Source: Rhodospirillaceae bacterium (GTDB lineage: Bacteria; Pseudomonadota; Alphaproteobacteria; MPNO01; UBA2964). Taken from it: a stretch of DNA of 64,000 bases. Positions 61,923-64,000 of this stretch are shown piece by piece; position 1 is the first letter of the stretch, and every line of letters starts with the position of its first letter. The stretch is taken from the NCBI GenBank assembly GCA_038146885.1, contig JAYQSM010000012.1, positions 5,447 through 69,446 on the forward strand. Reading direction: 5' to 3'. Under the pieces are notes generated by a model that worked only from the letters and a program-made list of their open reading frames with translations, was not told the origin of the DNA and did not search any database. The position numbers and the translations under genes are program-made.

Positions 61923-62551
61923 AGGGTCGGTTTATCACCTTTGAAGGTGGAGAGGGAGCGGGAAAGTCCACTCAGCTAGAGATTCTTCACCAGCATCTAA
62001 TTGCACAAGGTTTCAATGTCATTAGAACCAGAGAACCCGGCGGCGTCGAAAGTTCAGAGAAACTTCGAAAACTATTACTCAGTCAAACTAATGATGATTG
62101 GGACCCAATTAGTGAACTTCTTTTGCATTTTGCCGCCCGCAGAGAACATTTAGAAAAATTGATTAAGCCCGCCCTGAATCAAGGGTCTTGGGTCCTGTGT
62201 GACCGTTTTATAGACTCAACAATCGCCTATCAGGGTTATGGAAACGGCATAGATATATCTTTTATCAGAGACTTACACATTTCTATTCAACAAAACATTT
62301 ATCCAGATTTAACCTTGATTTTTGACCTTCCCCCAGAGGTCGGGCTGTCTCGTGTTGAACAGAGAGGTACAAGAGACCGCTACGAACTCATGGATCTCGC
62401 ATTTCATGCTAAACTAAGAAATGGTTTTAGAACGATAGGAGAACTTGAACCCGATCGTTGCGTGATTATAAATGCGGAAAAAAATATTGATGAAATTAAA
62501 GCAGAAATTCTCGAAGTTTTGAAGAAAAAATTTTCGGAGTTAGGCGTGTGA
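61919..62551 (+). CDS. tmk: Thymidylate kinase
   Basis: FEGGEGAGKST, TREPGG, CDRFIDSTIAYQG. Confidence 0.97.
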   Translation: MKGRFITFEGGEGAGKSTQLEILHQHLIAQGFNVIRTREPGGVESSEKLRKLLLSQTNDDWDPISELLLHFAARREHLEKLIKPALNQGSWVLCDRFIDSTIAYQGYGNGIDISFIRDLHISIQQNIYPDLTLIFDLPPEVGLSRVEQRGTRDRYELMDLAFHAKLRNGFRTIGELEPDRCVIINAEKNIDEIKAEILEVLKKKFSELGV

Positions 62552-63624
62552 CTCTTTTGCCAAGAGAAAACCCGCTTCTGATTGGGCATGAAAAAGCGGA
62601 AAGACGTTTCTTAAACGCCTGGCAATTAGATCGGATACCTCACGCCTGGCTAATCAGTGGACCCGAAGGCATTGGAAAAGCAACTCTTGCCTATAGAATT
62701 GCCCGGTTTATTTTTTTGAAAAACACGAAGAGAGAGCAACCTCAGAAGAGCGCTTTACTCGAGCATACGAACTCGCCTCAAAATTTAGAAGTCCCTAATA
62801 CAGATCCAATTTTCCGAAAGATAGCCAGTGGAGGACATCCAGACCTTCTTACTATCGAGCGAACCCAAAACGAGAAGGACAATCGTTTAAAATCAAATAT
62901 TTCTGTTGATGAAATAAGATCTTGTATTAATTTCCTGCGATTAACCCCAGCTGAATCGGGCTGGAGAGTACTTATTGTGGATAGCGCTGATGATTTAAGT
63001 ATCAATGCTGCAAATGGACTCTTAAAAATTCTTGAAGAACCCACTCCGCGGACGCTTATTTTGTTAACTGTAAATCGACCCTTACAGCTTTTAGCTACAA
63101 TTCGATCCAGGTGCTGTACACTCAAATTACAGCCGTTATCCAACGATGAACTCGTTCACGTGATACAGCAGTCGAGGGTACAAATCGAACCGAAGGACAG
63201 AGAAAACTTAGTTAACCTCTCGGGCGGAAGTCCAGGCCGCGCTCTCACCTTGGCAGAGGAAAATATTCTCGCTTTATTTAATGAATTTTTGGCTCTATTG
63301 GAGAATTTTCCTCAAATTGACGCAGAGAAATTGCATAAGTTGGCTGATAAATTATCTGTCTCCGGAGAGGAAAAGACATTTTCTCTGACAATGGAATTAA
63401 TTTGTTCATGGTTATCGTCTTTGATAAAGAACGCCTCGTTGGGAAAACACCATCCAGGGCAACAACAGAGTTATAATTGGCTCACTGAAAACGGGGTTGA
63501 TCGGCTCGTGGAGCTATGGGAAAAAATCGAGGGCTTATCTCAGCGAGCTATCCATCAAAGTCTGGATCGGAAGCACATTATTCTGACCATCTTTGGCCTT
63601 ATTAAGAGTACGGCAAAAGCCTGA
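62548..63624 (+). CDS. holB: DNA polymerase III delta-prime subunit
   Basis: HAWLISGPEGIGKATLA, HPDL, ANGLLKILEEP, TIRSRC; tmk-holB-metG gene order. Confidence 0.95.
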   Translation: MTLLPRENPLLIGHEKAERRFLNAWQLDRIPHAWLISGPEGIGKATLAYRIARFIFLKNTKREQPQKSALLEHTNSPQNLEVPNTDPIFRKIASGGHPDLLTIERTQNEKDNRLKSNISVDEIRSCINFLRLTPAESGWRVLIVDSADDLSINAANGLLKILEEPTPRTLILLTVNRPLQLLATIRSRCCTLKLQPLSNDELVHVIQQSRVQIEPKDRENLVNLSGGSPGRALTLAEENILALFNEFLALLENFPQIDAEKLHKLADKLSVSGEEKTFSLTMELICSWLSSLIKNASLGKHHPGQQQSYNWLTENGVDRLVELWEKIEGLSQRAIHQSLDRKHIILTIFGLIKSTAKA

Positions 63625-63648
63625 CCGTAGACAGAAAGTTCCAAACTG

Positions 63649-64000
63649 ATGCCTGAAAAGAACAGTTTTTATATCACAACCCCAATCTATTATGTGAATG
63701 ACTCACCGCATATTGGTCATGCTTACACGACACTTGCTTGCGATGTCATGGCGCGTTTTAAGCGACTTGATGGATTCGACGTATTTTTTCTCACGGGTAC
63801 CGATGAGCATGGCCAAAAGGTGGAGAAATCGGCCGCCGCGGCTGGAATAGACCCGCAGACTTTTACAGATCAGGTTTCTCAAAACTTTCGGGCTCTCACC
63901 GCTGCCATGAATTTTTCGCAAGATCAGTTCATAAGGACCACAGAGAAACGGCATAAGGAAGCCTGCCAGGAATTGTGGAAACGTTTAAGCGATAATGGGC
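63649..64000 (+). CDS. metG: Methionyl-tRNA synthetase (partial, runs off the window edge)
   Basis: FYITTPIYYVNDSPHIGHAYTT, FLTGTDEHGQK, FIRTT. Confidence 0.96.
   Translation, partial: MPEKNSFYITTPIYYVNDSPHIGHAYTTLACDVMARFKRLDGFDVFFLTGTDEHGQKVEKSAAAAGIDPQTFTDQVSQNFRALTAAMNFSQDQFIRTTEKRHKEACQELWKRLSDNG

Overview
The window joins two unrelated sequences at about 14,660. The left part (1 to ~14,660) is very AT-rich, Pelagibacterales (SAR11)-like DNA with many homopolymer frameshifts, probably long-read errors. It carries a PhyH-family dioxygenase, a DMT transporter, mrdA-rodA, rpsU, tRNA-fMet, an atypical tRNA-Val(GAC), pntAB, cytochrome oxidase subunit IV, rpmJ and a stand-alone 5S rRNA. Next to the 5S lies the edge of an HVR2-like surface-glycan island (sxtJ/sxtK/carbamoyltransferase trio, PQQ sugar dehydrogenase, NDP-sugar epimerases). 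The right part (~14,660 to 64,000) is a mid-GC, frameshift-free alphaproteobacterial chromosome segment, Rhodospirillales-like by gene order. Its core genes are recG-sdhE-mfd, gluQ, a Lon-like protease, atm1 and mltB-rlpA-dacA-tmk-holB-metG. These are mixed with uncharacterised catabolic clusters: Fsr-like MFS transporters, an nadX-crotonase-CoA ligase-tsaA operon, a Rieske oxygenase with a LigB-LigA fusion, and a formyltransferase/Mo-hydroxylase/amidase group. Leading candidates for follow-up: (1) a structured intergenic locus at 25.4-25.7 kb, where an anti-SD sRNA converges on a possibly sequestered 41-aa ORF; (2) a tRNA-Val with co-varied non-canonical elbow nucleotides; (3) a decayed satellite-like element at tRNA-Ser with an HTH remnant, four GGTTCC-N6/7-GGAACC-like palindromes and high-GC cargo genes; (4) an SF2 helicase with a Zn ribbon and unknown C-terminal domain; (5) a His-triad winged-helix-like protein; (6) an rpsU with no canonical start codon. 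No CRISPR array or intact mobile element was seen. All calls are by eye from motifs; no database search was run.
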